Shown one piece after another: positions 16,784-26,417 of a stretch of 53,537 bases of DNA; the first letter of the stretch is position 1, and every line of letters begins with the position of its first letter. The notes beneath the pieces were generated by a model. The model saw only the letters and a list, made by a program, of their open reading frames with translations, did not search any database and was not told the DNA's origin. Source of the stretch: Thermoplasmatota archaeon (GTDB lineage Archaea; Thermoplasmatota; Poseidoniia; Poseidoniales; Thalassarchaeaceae); the NCBI GenBank assembly GCA_036124005.1, contig JAZADD010000077.1, forward strand, positions 1 to 53,537, written 5' to 3'. Made by a program: the position numbers and the translations under genes.

Positions 16784-19700
16784 ATGGAGAATCGACTCCA
16801 AAAGGGGCTGCATATGTCTACATCAGGGTGGGAATCTCTTCATCCAGATGTACAGAGAATCGTCACGGAACGAGAATGGATTCCTACACCAATTCAAACC
16901 GCTGCGATGGATGCTTTACTAAACGGCCAAGATGCTCTTCTCGTAGCACCTACTGGTTCTGGAAAAACAGAAGCAGCCATCCTCCCTGTATTATCCAACA
17001 CTCTCAATCATGAGAGCCCGTTAAGTTCTATCCTCTACATCACGCCGCTGCGTGCGTTGAATCGGGATGTTGAGAGGCGCCTCCCTGAAATCTGTAAACC
17101 TGTAGGACTCACAGTCGGTCTTCGACATGGCGATACTCCACAAAACGAAAGACAAAAGCAATCAAGGAAACCACCTCATCTCTGGATTACAACGCCTGAG
17201 ACACTGCAGATTATGTTCCTCGGGTCCAGATTACGGGAACACTTGAGATCGGTTCAAACAGTAATTATCGATGAGGTTCACGATCTTGCAGCATCAGAAC
17301 GAGGATCACAACTACTCCTTGGTCTAGAACGCCTTGATGCACTATCTGGAAATCGATTGCAACGAATTGGATTATCCGCCACCGTCGGTAATCCAAAGGA
17401 AATTGCTCGATGGCTATCCGAGAAGGCTACCGTAATTCATGGGTATGCGCCTCGTGAAACTGACATCAGAGTGCATGCACCTGAACCAAATTCCGATGAT
17501 CGGATTCTTTCGAAAGATTGGGGGACGAGTGCAGAAGCTGTTGCATCATTCCGCCATGTGGCTCAACTAGTACAGGAGGATCGCCCATCTCTGATTTTTG
17601 TCAATAGTAGGAACGCTGCAGAGACGGTTGCCCTCCGGATGCGTAATGTAGCCCCTGAACTCGAAATTGGAGTGCATCACGGTAGCCTCGCACGAGAAAC
17701 TAGGACCGAGATGGAAAAACGTCTCCAACAGGGCGAGATAGATGCGCTAATCTGTACAAGTAGTATGGAACTCGGAATCGATGTAGGCAGTATCAAACGT
17801 GTTCATCAGATTGAAAGTCCACGCGCTGTGGACCGTATGCTACAGCGTGTAGGAAGAGCAGAACACGTTCTTGGTGGGATTGGTCGTGGCGATTTGATTG
17901 CATGGAAGGCAGATGATATTGCTGAAGGCGTTGTCATAGGACGAAGAGCAGTTGTTGGTGATATCGAACCGATAGGATGGCGTGAGCATCCTCGTAATGT
18001 TGCAACCAATCAACTGGTACTCTTGACGCTGCAGGAAGGTTGGGTCAGATGTGACCAAGCAACACTGCTCCTTGAGAAATGTCATCTCTTCGATGGATGG
18101 ACACATCATGATACGATGGAACTCCTGAGATTACTCGACGATAGGCGAATGATACGACTCGTAGAGGATATCGAAAATAGTGACCCATTTAGATGGCCTC
18201 CGACACTATGGAGGTTGATTTCGGCAGGATTGAAGAACGTTCCCGAAGAACGTCCTCGTCTAGAATCATTGGAAGAAGGAGACCAGGAGAACCATGAACG
18301 TGTCAGACGAGCAATGCGTAAAGCAGTTCCAAAAGAGCTGAAAGAACATGGTTGGTTTGGCCCAGGGGCCAAAACTGCGGATGTTCGAAACAGAGGGGTG
18401 TCGATGATTCCCGATTCCGAGCGCTACCTTGTCAGAGATGCAGTGACAAGAGCAGCCATCGGATCTCTCGATGAAGCCTTTGTCATGGGTATTCGCGACG
18501 AAGAAGACGGGCCTACCATGTTTGTAATGGCAGGACGAACTTGGATAATCATTGATGCTGATCCAGAGGCGTCAGAACTTACAGTTGCTCCAGCAGCACT
18601 ACGGGGTGAAGCACCTGTATGGTTCGGTGAACTACCTCCTGTACCTGCCAAGGTGGCGAGAGAAGTTGGCCGATTGAGGCTTATGGTAGCCCACGAAATA
18701 GGAGGCTATGATATGCCAACCACTGGAGAAGTTCCACATCTCATTGGTGGACACATAGATACCAATCTCAAAGATTACCGGTGGAGTGATGAAGCAAAGA
18801 ATCGATTCGTAACCTCTGTCATAGATCATCTTGATTCCACTGGAATTATCCCACATGCAGGGCTCTGGACTATCGAACAAAGAAGAGAGGCGATCGTATT
18901 GAATACCTGTCAAGGAACGCGTATCAATCAGACACTATCCGACCTTATGCAGGCAATGGCATCGATGATTGATGGGAAGATTGGAATTACAATCGTTGAT
19001 CCATATCGAATACACCTCAAAATTCCAGGATTGACGATACCCCATCTGGAAAGAATACTCCTTGAAACTCGGCCCGATGCCGTGGAAAGTATTCTTCGTA
19101 TGACTACACCAAATTCCAGAGCTCTAAGATCCCGTGTTGTCGAGATTGCTAAAATCATGGGCGTCATTCAACGAGGTATTGACCCTCGTTCTGTCAACGT
19201 TCAAGGTATCATCAAACGCTACCAAAACGGCCCTCTAGTTAACGAAGCCTTAGACAAACTATTCCATGAGCGATTAGACCTAGATGGAACTCAAGATGTT
19301 CTACAAGCCCTTCAAGATGGGCATATTGGACTGAATATGACCGCTTCTGGGACTCTTGGTCGGTCTGAGCGAGCTGAACGCGACCTACTACTTCCAACCT
19401 ATAGTGACAAAGAAATCCGTGAACAAGTAGAAGAACGCCTGCTCAACGAGCGTATCGTCCAGATTTGCTTGAACTGTGGAGATATTACCCGACGACGAGT
19501 GGCAAGATATCCTGAAAGAAGCGATGCATGTGTCTGTGGTGGACGATTGAGAGCGACTGCAGTTGAATCATTAGAATCACGTCTTCGAGACTGGGTTGCC
19601 GATGAGGAGATTAAGACTCGACAACGGATGATGAAAAATGCAGAGATTGTTGCTGATCGGGGATTGGATGCTGTGCTTTGCCTCGTCGCTCGTGGTGTCG

Positions 19701-19819
19701 GCGAACAAACCGCGATTCGTATCCTTTCAAAAGTTGAACCGGGTAATCGTTTGTCACTTCTACGATCTATTCATGACGCTGAAATCAATTATGCTCGAAC
19801 CAGCCGGTACTGGTCCTGA
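16784..19819 (+). CDS. Lhr-type superfamily-2 DEAD/DEAH-box helicase with C-terminal zinc-ribbon
   Basis: Has LLVAPTGSGKTEAAILP (motif I), IIDEVHDL (motif II, DEVH) and SATVGN (motif III). Also has HHGSLARETR...TSSMELGIDVG and QRVGRAEH (motif VI), plus a late CLNCGD...CVCGG cysteine cluster. An alternative ATG lies at 16814. Confidence 0.85.
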   Translation: MENRLQKGLHMSTSGWESLHPDVQRIVTEREWIPTPIQTAAMDALLNGQDALLVAPTGSGKTEAAILPVLSNTLNHESPLSSILYITPLRALNRDVERRLPEICKPVGLTVGLRHGDTPQNERQKQSRKPPHLWITTPETLQIMFLGSRLREHLRSVQTVIIDEVHDLAASERGSQLLLGLERLDALSGNRLQRIGLSATVGNPKEIARWLSEKATVIHGYAPRETDIRVHAPEPNSDDRILSKDWGTSAEAVASFRHVAQLVQEDRPSLIFVNSRNAAETVALRMRNVAPELEIGVHHGSLARETRTEMEKRLQQGEIDALICTSSMELGIDVGSIKRVHQIESPRAVDRMLQRVGRAEHVLGGIGRGDLIAWKADDIAEGVVIGRRAVVGDIEPIGWREHPRNVATNQLVLLTLQEGWVRCDQATLLLEKCHLFDGWTHHDTMELLRLLDDRRMIRLVEDIENSDPFRWPPTLWRLISAGLKNVPEERPRLESLEEGDQENHERVRRAMRKAVPKELKEHGWFGPGAKTADVRNRGVSMIPDSERYLVRDAVTRAAIGSLDEAFVMGIRDEEDGPTMFVMAGRTWIIIDADPEASELTVAPAALRGEAPVWFGELPPVPAKVAREVGRLRLMVAHEIGGYDMPTTGEVPHLIGGHIDTNLKDYRWSDEAKNRFVTSVIDHLDSTGIIPHAGLWTIEQRREAIVLNTCQGTRINQTLSDLMQAMASMIDGKIGITIVDPYRIHLKIPGLTIPHLERILLETRPDAVESILRMTTPNSRALRSRVVEIAKIMGVIQRGIDPRSVNVQGIIKRYQNGPLVNEALDKLFHERLDLDGTQDVLQALQDGHIGLNMTASGTLGRSERAERDLLLPTYSDKEIREQVEERLLNERIVQICLNCGDITRRRVARYPERSDACVCGGRLRATAVESLESRLRDWVADEEIKTRQRMMKNAEIVADRGLDAVLCLVARGVGEQTAIRILSKVEPGNRLSLLRSIHDAEINYARTSRYWS

Positions 19820-19855
19820 CGGAAGCATAATCGAGGCGGTGATGGAGGGCGTGAT

Positions 19856-20407
19856 ATGTTCCTAGGGATCACTGGACGTAACGCGGCTGGGAAGACTACG
19901 ATTGTCGAAATTTTGGTAGAACGTGGTTGGACTGGTTGTTCTTGCTCTGATGCCATCAGATCTTGGTTACGCGATACTGGACAGGAAATAAATCGAGAAA
20001 ACTTGACCCAAGGCGGACGAACACTCCGTTCTGAAGGCGGACCTGGTGTTCTTGCAGAACGTCTCCTGAACCAAATCGATCCATTGGTACCTACTGTGAT
20101 TGATTCAATTCGTACTCCTGACGAAGTCAACGCCCTTAGGGCACGCGATAATTTTCGATTAATCGAAGTCGTCGCACCTGCGGATTTGCGTTGGAATCGT
20201 ATGCAAGCCCGGGGGCGTATAGGAGACCCCACTGATTACGCGGGCTTCATCGCACAAGAGAAAGCTGAAGCTGTTGCTGAGAACTCCGCTGGTCAAGCAT
20301 TGGATGCTACTGCTGACCTCGCAGATGTGCTTATTGTGAATGATACAGGAATGGATGAACTCAACAAAGCAATCGATGTACTAATCGAATCACTCGGAAG
20401 TTTCTGA
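19856..20407 (+). CDS. UPF0200-type P-loop kinase (dephospho-CoA-kinase-like fold; substrate unknown)
   Basis: Walker A is GITGRNAAGKTT. The overall pattern (...GPGVLAERLL...VIDSIRTPDEVNALR...RLIEVVAP...RGRIGDP...LADVLIVNDTGMDEL) follows the archaeal UPF0200 family as I recall it. Confidence 0.55.
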   Translation: MFLGITGRNAAGKTTIVEILVERGWTGCSCSDAIRSWLRDTGQEINRENLTQGGRTLRSEGGPGVLAERLLNQIDPLVPTVIDSIRTPDEVNALRARDNFRLIEVVAPADLRWNRMQARGRIGDPTDYAGFIAQEKAEAVAENSAGQALDATADLADVLIVNDTGMDELNKAIDVLIESLGSF

Positions 20408-20899
20408 AGAAACCGAACGAACCTCAAGTCCTGCTTCTTTCATCATCGACATGGACATGTCAAAGTCGGCAACCCATCGCTCTGGTACATCGATATCCTC
20501 TGGAAAAACAACCTCCACCACTCCGGCTTGAATCAATGAACGGGCACAACGCGTACATGGGGGCCAAGTGACATATGCAACACATCCCTTTAGCGAAACC
20601 CCAACACGTGCTGCATGCATAATTGCATTCTCCTCAGCATGACAAATTAGGGGATACTTCTGATCCCGATCTTCGAGCCTCTCTGAACTATCTTTGATAC
20701 CCCTTGGAAATCCATTGAATCCAGTAGAACGAATCTCACGATCGGAGCCCACGACAACACAACCAACCTTAGTTGACGGATCTTTACTCCAGTCAGAAAT
20801 GTGGCTTGCTAGATGGAGAAAACGCTGATCCCACTTGTTACTCACGATACCACTGAACCACTGGGAGCGGCTGTCACCTATGGTTGCTTTGTTAATCAT
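20390..20899 (-). CDS. Deoxycytidylate (dCMP) deaminase
   Basis: Zinc motifs CHAEENAI (H-A-E) and PCTRCA (P-C-x-x-C). The length is typical of ComEB/dCMP deaminase. Confidence 0.85.
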   Translation of the reverse strand: MINKATIGDSRSQWFSGIVSNKWDQRFLHLASHISDWSKDPSTKVGCVVVGSDREIRSTGFNGFPRGIKDSSERLEDRDQKYPLICHAEENAIMHAARVGVSLKGCVAYVTWPPCTRCARSLIQAGVVEVVFPEDIDVPERWVADFDMSMSMMKEAGLEVRSVSSETSE

Positions 20900-22338
20900 T
20901 CATCGAGCGAGGGAGATGAAACCATACTTTGGAGGTCATCGAAACTATCCTTGCCAAGGAGACGAAGAAGATCGCCGATTAGGTACAAGCTACCGAATGA
21001 CCAAATGGTTCCTGTCACACCGTCAAGAACATTATTGGAGGCACCTGATTTTGCTTCCTCTATCGCTACATCAAGAGCCACCCTTACATTGGGTCGCACC
21101 TGCACCCGGGCACCAGGATGATGTTCTCTGACACGCTCCAATAAATTATCAGCGGAAATTGGAGGAGTCCGCCCACTGGTGGGCTGAGTAAGGACGAGCA
21201 TTGGGTCATCCATTGCAACCATGAGTTCGACCAACGGATGTAAAAATGCATCAATATCATCTTGCTGAGTAGCTCCGAAAATAATAGCATCTGGACAGAA
21301 ATATCGACCGGCTGATTCCTCTCTTTCTCGACGAATAATCAATTCCTGGGTTAATCGAGTCAACCCACTCGGATTATGAGCGCAATCAAGTAAGAATCCA
21401 ATATCATGAGGGCCGTCAAACTCTTGCATCCTTCCAGGCCACATCGTACACTCTACCACTGTTGAAGCCAATGGAGGTGTTTCACCCAAAAGAAGGGCTG
21501 CGCATTGAGCAAGTATAGCATTGTCGTATAGCATAGGCATATGTCCATCAAAGAAACCTCGTGGAATTAGAATACCGTCTCCGTCACTTAATTGACGAAC
21601 TGCTTCATCTGAATCTTCAAACGAATAAAGGCCCATTCTATCACCTCTAAACCAGTAACCTCTGGAGTTTTCACATGCCTTCTCGATTTCTTTTCGGACG
21701 CCTCGATCATATGGCCACCTTGCAAGCATCTTTGATCCAGGTCTAGCAATCGCTGCCTTTTCTCTGGCAATCTCCTTCAAGGAATTTCCAAGAATAGAAC
21801 GATGTTCACGGGATATTTCGGTCAGAATAGTAAGATCCGCAATACATGCACGCGTTGCATCAAGGCGTCCACCCAAACCGGTTTCAATCACTGCACGATC
21901 TACGCCTACAGCACGGAACACAATCATCGAAGCAAGAAATAATGTCTCGAAATATGATAATTCGATAGTCGGAGCTTTCGCAGCAAGAGTTCGAATGGCA
22001 TGAAGAGCCCTATCCAACTGCTTAGAATCGATTAGTTTGCCATCGATTCGAATCCTCTCCTCAACATGACAGAGATGAGGTGATGTGAACAATCCCACCA
22101 TATTCCCAGCTAAGGTCAAGGAATTAGCAAGATGAGCGGCCGTAGTCCCTTTTCCATTGGAACCAGCAATGTGTACACAAGGGAAATGCATGTGTGGCAT
22201 ATCAAGACGGGCAAGCATAGTCATCGTGGACTCAAGGCCGGGTTTCATTCCGATACGACGACGGTCCTCTAACCACTCCCTAATCGGCATCTCTGCCGCA
22301 GCCGAATTAGGGGCATGTTCGTCCATTGGAAGGGACAT
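20896..22338 (-). CDS. folC: Folylpolyglutamate synthase / dihydrofolate synthase
   Basis: Mur-ligase-type P-loop HIAGSNGKGTTAAHL. The overall length fits, and a 4-nt overlap couples it to the downstream dCMP deaminase gene. The true start may be the internal Met (MPIREWL). Confidence 0.8.
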   Translation of the reverse strand: MSLPMDEHAPNSAAAEMPIREWLEDRRRIGMKPGLESTMTMLARLDMPHMHFPCVHIAGSNGKGTTAAHLANSLTLAGNMVGLFTSPHLCHVEERIRIDGKLIDSKQLDRALHAIRTLAAKAPTIELSYFETLFLASMIVFRAVGVDRAVIETGLGGRLDATRACIADLTILTEISREHRSILGNSLKEIAREKAAIARPGSKMLARWPYDRGVRKEIEKACENSRGYWFRGDRMGLYSFEDSDEAVRQLSDGDGILIPRGFFDGHMPMLYDNAILAQCAALLLGETPPLASTVVECTMWPGRMQEFDGPHDIGFLLDCAHNPSGLTRLTQELIIRREREESAGRYFCPDAIIFGATQQDDIDAFLHPLVELMVAMDDPMLVLTQPTSGRTPPISADNLLERVREHHPGARVQVRPNVRVALDVAIEEAKSGASNNVLDGVTGTIWSFGSLYLIGDLLRLLGKDSFDDLQSMVSSPSLDE

Positions 22339-22346
22339 ATACTGAA

Positions 22347-24524
22347 ATGCGATTTCAACTTCCCTACAACATGGCGCCCAAGGAGCCCCCCCTCTCTGAG
22401 GCTATGAAAGGGCAGTGGGCATCGATGATTGGCATGGCTGCAATGTTCGTTACCACCATCGGACTTGCCACGTTAATCCAACCCTTCTACAACCACGACG
22501 AACTACGTGCGTTTGGCACTGCAGGTTCCACTAAACTTGGGTATGTCATAATGGAAGGAGTTTTGATCCTAGTTTTTACTGCAGCAATTATTTGGTTAGC
22601 AAAGAAAAATTTGCAGAAGTTCATCCAAGTTGGTATCTTATTCGTACTCTGGCTTGCTCTAACCTTCTCCGTAGTACCAATGGCTTACCTCGTAATGCCA
22701 ATCGATGATCCAACAATGGACTCGACTACAGCTGGTTCAGATGCCACAATAATTTCTGGGCTATCTACAACTAATGATTTGATTCTAACTAATGATACTG
22801 CGATTATGTCTATCGAAAACGTAGATGGAGGATTGGAAGCCTTCGCTGGTGGATCCATTCAATGGAGTTTCGATATCGAAAATCAAACAGGGGAGCCTGC
22901 AACAGCACGTGAGCCAACAATTGTTGAGAGTCATGGTTCCTTTGTGATTTGTGATGACACTTCATGGAATAGAATCGATTCAGGTACTGGCAATATACTA
23001 GAAACGTATGCAGACGACTGTAGTGTGGGCTTTGTCAATGCTGATGGAGAAGCATGGCATATTGTTCGTCAGCGTATTCTCAAGATTGACCCATTCAAGC
23101 CCATAGAGGATATCGATACACCACTTGATCTAAACTGGATGTGGGTAATGCCTGATGGATTCAATCCAAATGCAATCCTACGAATTGAACACGTTGGTCC
23201 ATCGCATCTTCTAATTGTGTGCGATAAATGGACTGGCGTCATTGAAATCCCCTCTGAACCGAGTGATGGCGGATTCGAACCAAAGGAAATACCCACAACA
23301 TGGAATATGACGTTAGGTGGGGCGGACATATTCTCAGCAATCGCCTACGGAAATACTCCTGGAGAAGCGATTAACGATACTGCAAAGTCACAAAGCTTGT
23401 TCTTGGGCCACCCTGACGGTACTGTGGATACATTTCTTGTACATTCGAATGGTAGCGTAATCGATAACACAAATATCGATTTTGACGAAGCATTCGAGGG
23501 GCCTATTCGTGGACTTATGCTAGCCGACTGCTGTGATGGTGGTTCAAACGATCTCTGGGTTGTTGATGGAACGGACCTACAGATCTTCATGGGTGATAGA
23601 ATGGTTGATCGGTCCAGGAATACTATCATTGAAGGTGAAGAACGCGTGACGATGGCACTAATCCATCGAAATACTTCGAATCACGAGGTGTACAAGGACG
23701 GAATCCTGTTAGTGGATACGGAAATACTCAACCTATCCTCACCTTGGATTAGAGCTGACTATGTTATTCCTGAAGGTTCTCCGTTTACTATTGTAGGTGC
23801 AAATGTTCAGTATGCAGATATTATCGGAATTGTAATTTCGATAATCTTGATGATTGCCCTCATCATTAGACCTGAATGGTATGTGGTCAATACTACAGGA
23901 ATTCTCGTAGGCGCCGGTGTAAGTGTGATGCTGGGGGTATCTTTTGTTCCATGGCTTGTTATCATCTTCATGATTGGTATGGCGATTTACGACCATTGGG
24001 CAGTTAATGGTAGCAAACACATGCTGACATTGGCAGACACAATGATTGATCTCAAACTACCCATCCTTCTCGTCGCTCCAAAAGACAAGGATTATTCCTT
24101 CCTCGAAGAGGGTGAACAAGTGATGACAGATCGTGGAGAGGATGTCCAATTTGAATTACCATCTAAGTCCGTTGAAAAAGCACCAATTGAGCCTCTACAC
24201 AAGCCTGCTCGAAAAAAGAAAAGTGCTGATGCTATGTTCATGGGACTTGGTGACGTCATATTCCCTGGAATCCTAGTAATTTCATCAATGACATTCCTGA
24301 GTGGAGGCAATGGATTTGGAATTTGGTCTGGGCCAACCATGGTGGCATTTGGGACTCTGATTGGAGGTTTATGCGGATATATGGTACTCATGACTCGAGT
24401 TGCTCGTGGGAAACCACAAGCAGGGCTCCCATTGTTGAATGGTGGTTCAATCCTTGGTTATCTGATCTCTGCGCTATTGTTCATCGGCCCAAGCGCCCTT
24501 GCATTCAACATCACTCTCTTCTAA
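22347..24524 (+). CDS. Presenilin/signal-peptide-peptidase family (A22) intramembrane aspartyl protease with a large inserted ectodomain
   Basis: GMAIYDHWAVNGSKHMLTLA supplies the YD motif (23988-23993) and MFMGLGDVIFPGILV the GxGD motif (24243-24254). KPQAGLPLL is a PAL-like motif. About 370 hydrophilic residues lie between hydrophobic segments 3 and 4. The ORF opens with TTG at 22326 and the first ATG is at 22347. Confidence 0.8.
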   Translation: MRFQLPYNMAPKEPPLSEAMKGQWASMIGMAAMFVTTIGLATLIQPFYNHDELRAFGTAGSTKLGYVIMEGVLILVFTAAIIWLAKKNLQKFIQVGILFVLWLALTFSVVPMAYLVMPIDDPTMDSTTAGSDATIISGLSTTNDLILTNDTAIMSIENVDGGLEAFAGGSIQWSFDIENQTGEPATAREPTIVESHGSFVICDDTSWNRIDSGTGNILETYADDCSVGFVNADGEAWHIVRQRILKIDPFKPIEDIDTPLDLNWMWVMPDGFNPNAILRIEHVGPSHLLIVCDKWTGVIEIPSEPSDGGFEPKEIPTTWNMTLGGADIFSAIAYGNTPGEAINDTAKSQSLFLGHPDGTVDTFLVHSNGSVIDNTNIDFDEAFEGPIRGLMLADCCDGGSNDLWVVDGTDLQIFMGDRMVDRSRNTIIEGEERVTMALIHRNTSNHEVYKDGILLVDTEILNLSSPWIRADYVIPEGSPFTIVGANVQYADIIGIVISIILMIALIIRPEWYVVNTTGILVGAGVSVMLGVSFVPWLVIIFMIGMAIYDHWAVNGSKHMLTLADTMIDLKLPILLVAPKDKDYSFLEEGEQVMTDRGEDVQFELPSKSVEKAPIEPLHKPARKKKSADAMFMGLGDVIFPGILVISSMTFLSGGNGFGIWSGPTMVAFGTLIGGLCGYMVLMTRVARGKPQAGLPLLNGGSILGYLISALLFIGPSALAFNITLF

Positions 24525-24570
24525 TGAGAGAAACCGTTGAAGCAAAGAGCCCCCTCCTCGATATGTTACT

Positions 24571-25854
24571 ATGCTTGAGATGCGCCTCTTTCGAGATAAC
24601 CCGGAGGTGATTCGGGCAGATCATGATCGGAGAGGGCTACCTCACGATATGATCGATCAAGTAATCGATTTAGACAATCGCTGGAAGGATTTGAGATACC
24701 AAGCGGATCAACTTCGAAAAAAACGCAATGAAGCGGCCCGAGGTATCGCAGCAGCGAAAAAATCCGGCGACAAAGAAGAAGCTGATCGGATTCTTTCCGA
24801 AGTCGCTGACATTGGTGCTGAGATTGAACGCCTCGGAAATGAAGCCGATGAAACCGAAAACAAACGAGATCGAGTACGAATGAGAATCCCGAATATATTG
24901 CATGATTCCGTACCAATGGGTGATGATGATACCAAAAACATAGAACGCTCCCTGCACGGTGAAAGGCCGACGTTCGCATTCAAGCCAAAAGTACACAATG
25001 ATCTCATCGAACAAAATGCTTGGGTAGATTTAGGCCGAGCTGCGAAAATCGCGGGATCCAGATTCTACTATCTGAAAGGCGATCTTGCCCGACTTGAGAT
25101 GGCGCTACAGCACCACACTATCGAGTTCCTTGTAAAGCGAGGATTCACACTCGTCCAACCTCCTGTAATGATGAATCGAGAAGCCTACGAAGGGGTAACT
25201 GACCTATCCGACTTTGAGACTGTGATGTATGGAATCCAACCTGATGGATTCTACGCCATTGCCACAAGTGAACATCCTCTCACGGCGATGTTTATGGATG
25301 AAATCATTGAGCCGGCTCTACTCCCGATTAAGATGGCCGGTGTGAGTCCCTGCTTCCGTAGAGAGGTAGGGGCCCACGGACTATCTGACAAAGGCATCTG
25401 GCGTGTTCATCAATTCACTAAGGTTGAGCAGATTGTCATTTGTCGTCCAGAGGATTCATGGGAACACCATGAAGAGTTGCTCCAAAACTGCATCGACCTA
25501 TGGGATGGATTGAATCTCCACTACCGTGTGGTTGACATTTGTACTGGAGACATGGGCACAGTAGCAGCAAAAAAGTATGATCTTGAAGCATGGCTTCCTG
25601 GTGCAGACGCATACAAGGAAGTCGTCTCCTGCTCCAACTGCACCGATTATCAAGCCAACCGACTCAAGATGAGATATCGGACTGCAGATGGGAACACTTC
25701 GGTTCATACCCTCAATTCCACCGCCGTAGCAACTAGTCGGGCCCTTGTCGCAATCATGGAACAATGTCAAGAAGAAAATGGGCGCGTAAGAATCCCTGAG
25801 GTATTACGTTCATACATGGGCGGAATGAGTCATATCGAAAAATCCAATTGGTAA
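24571..25854 (+). CDS. serS: Seryl-tRNA synthetase
   Basis: Has an N-terminal coiled-coil arm and class II motifs (SPCFRREVGAHG; GDMGTVAAKKYDLEAWLPG; LNSTAVATSRALVAIME). Confidence 0.95.
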   Translation: MLEMRLFRDNPEVIRADHDRRGLPHDMIDQVIDLDNRWKDLRYQADQLRKKRNEAARGIAAAKKSGDKEEADRILSEVADIGAEIERLGNEADETENKRDRVRMRIPNILHDSVPMGDDDTKNIERSLHGERPTFAFKPKVHNDLIEQNAWVDLGRAAKIAGSRFYYLKGDLARLEMALQHHTIEFLVKRGFTLVQPPVMMNREAYEGVTDLSDFETVMYGIQPDGFYAIATSEHPLTAMFMDEIIEPALLPIKMAGVSPCFRREVGAHGLSDKGIWRVHQFTKVEQIVICRPEDSWEHHEELLQNCIDLWDGLNLHYRVVDICTGDMGTVAAKKYDLEAWLPGADAYKEVVSCSNCTDYQANRLKMRYRTADGNTSVHTLNSTAVATSRALVAIMEQCQEENGRVRIPEVLRSYMGGMSHIEKSNW

Positions 25855-25910
25855 TTTCAATTTTCAATTGGAAAATTGATTTTATTTTGAATGATTTTCA
25901 ATTGAATTAT
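25841..25910. repeat. Cluster of CAATTG-centred palindromic boxes in the convergent serS/BCCP spacer; possible bidirectional T-tract terminator
   Basis: Sequence: aatCCAATTGGtaattTCAATTttCAATTGGaaaattgattttattttgaatgatttTCAATTGaattat. Bases 25861-25910 align with 45937-45985 (see findings). Confidence 0.6.
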
Positions 25911-26416
25911 TCATCCCCTACAAGATCAAGAAGTACTGATCCTGCATCAACTTGGTCGCCTGTCTTGAAATGTATCGAAGTGACTGTTCCGTCTCTATCT
26001 GCAGCAATCCTGTGCTCCATCTTCATCGCCTCAAGCACCATCAAATCCTGCCCCTCCCTTACCTTAGCACCCTCGGGAACAAGGACTTCGAGAACCTTTC
26101 CAGGCATAGGTGCAGTGAATGCACCCTCCGCATCTGAAGCATTCACTGCTCCTGGCTCGATAACATCGACTACGTGGACATGTCCATCGAGATGGATCCA
26201 CCAACGATCGCCCACACGAGCACAATGAACAATGGATTCAACACCATTTCTATCGATTACAAGACGAGATGCTCTAGAGTCAACCCGTACAGTGCCTGCC
26301 ACCAAATTCAGTTGCTCTCCGTCCTCAATTATCTTGACAATTGAGACAGGGTCACCACCGACACTAACCGAAACGATTCGGCCATCTTGCATCTTCAAAT
26401 CAACCATGGCTACCAC
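25907..26416 (-). CDS. Biotin carboxyl carrier / BT-BCCP C-terminal portion of an acyl-CoA (methylcrotonyl-CoA) carboxylase alpha chain
   Basis: Biotinylation motif VLEAMKMEH near the C-terminus. The ORF opens with GTG at 26416 and an ATG lies at 26407. It starts 1 nt after the biotin carboxylase stop, in a different frame. Confidence 0.8.
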   Translation of the reverse strand: MVAMVDLKMQDGRIVSVSVGGDPVSIVKIIEDGEQLNLVAGTVRVDSRASRLVIDRNGVESIVHCARVGDRWWIHLDGHVHVVDVIEPGAVNASDAEGAFTAPMPGKVLEVLVPEGAKVREGQDLMVLEAMKMEHRIAADRDGTVTSIHFKTGDQVDAGSVLLDLVGDE

Positions 26417-26417
26417 C

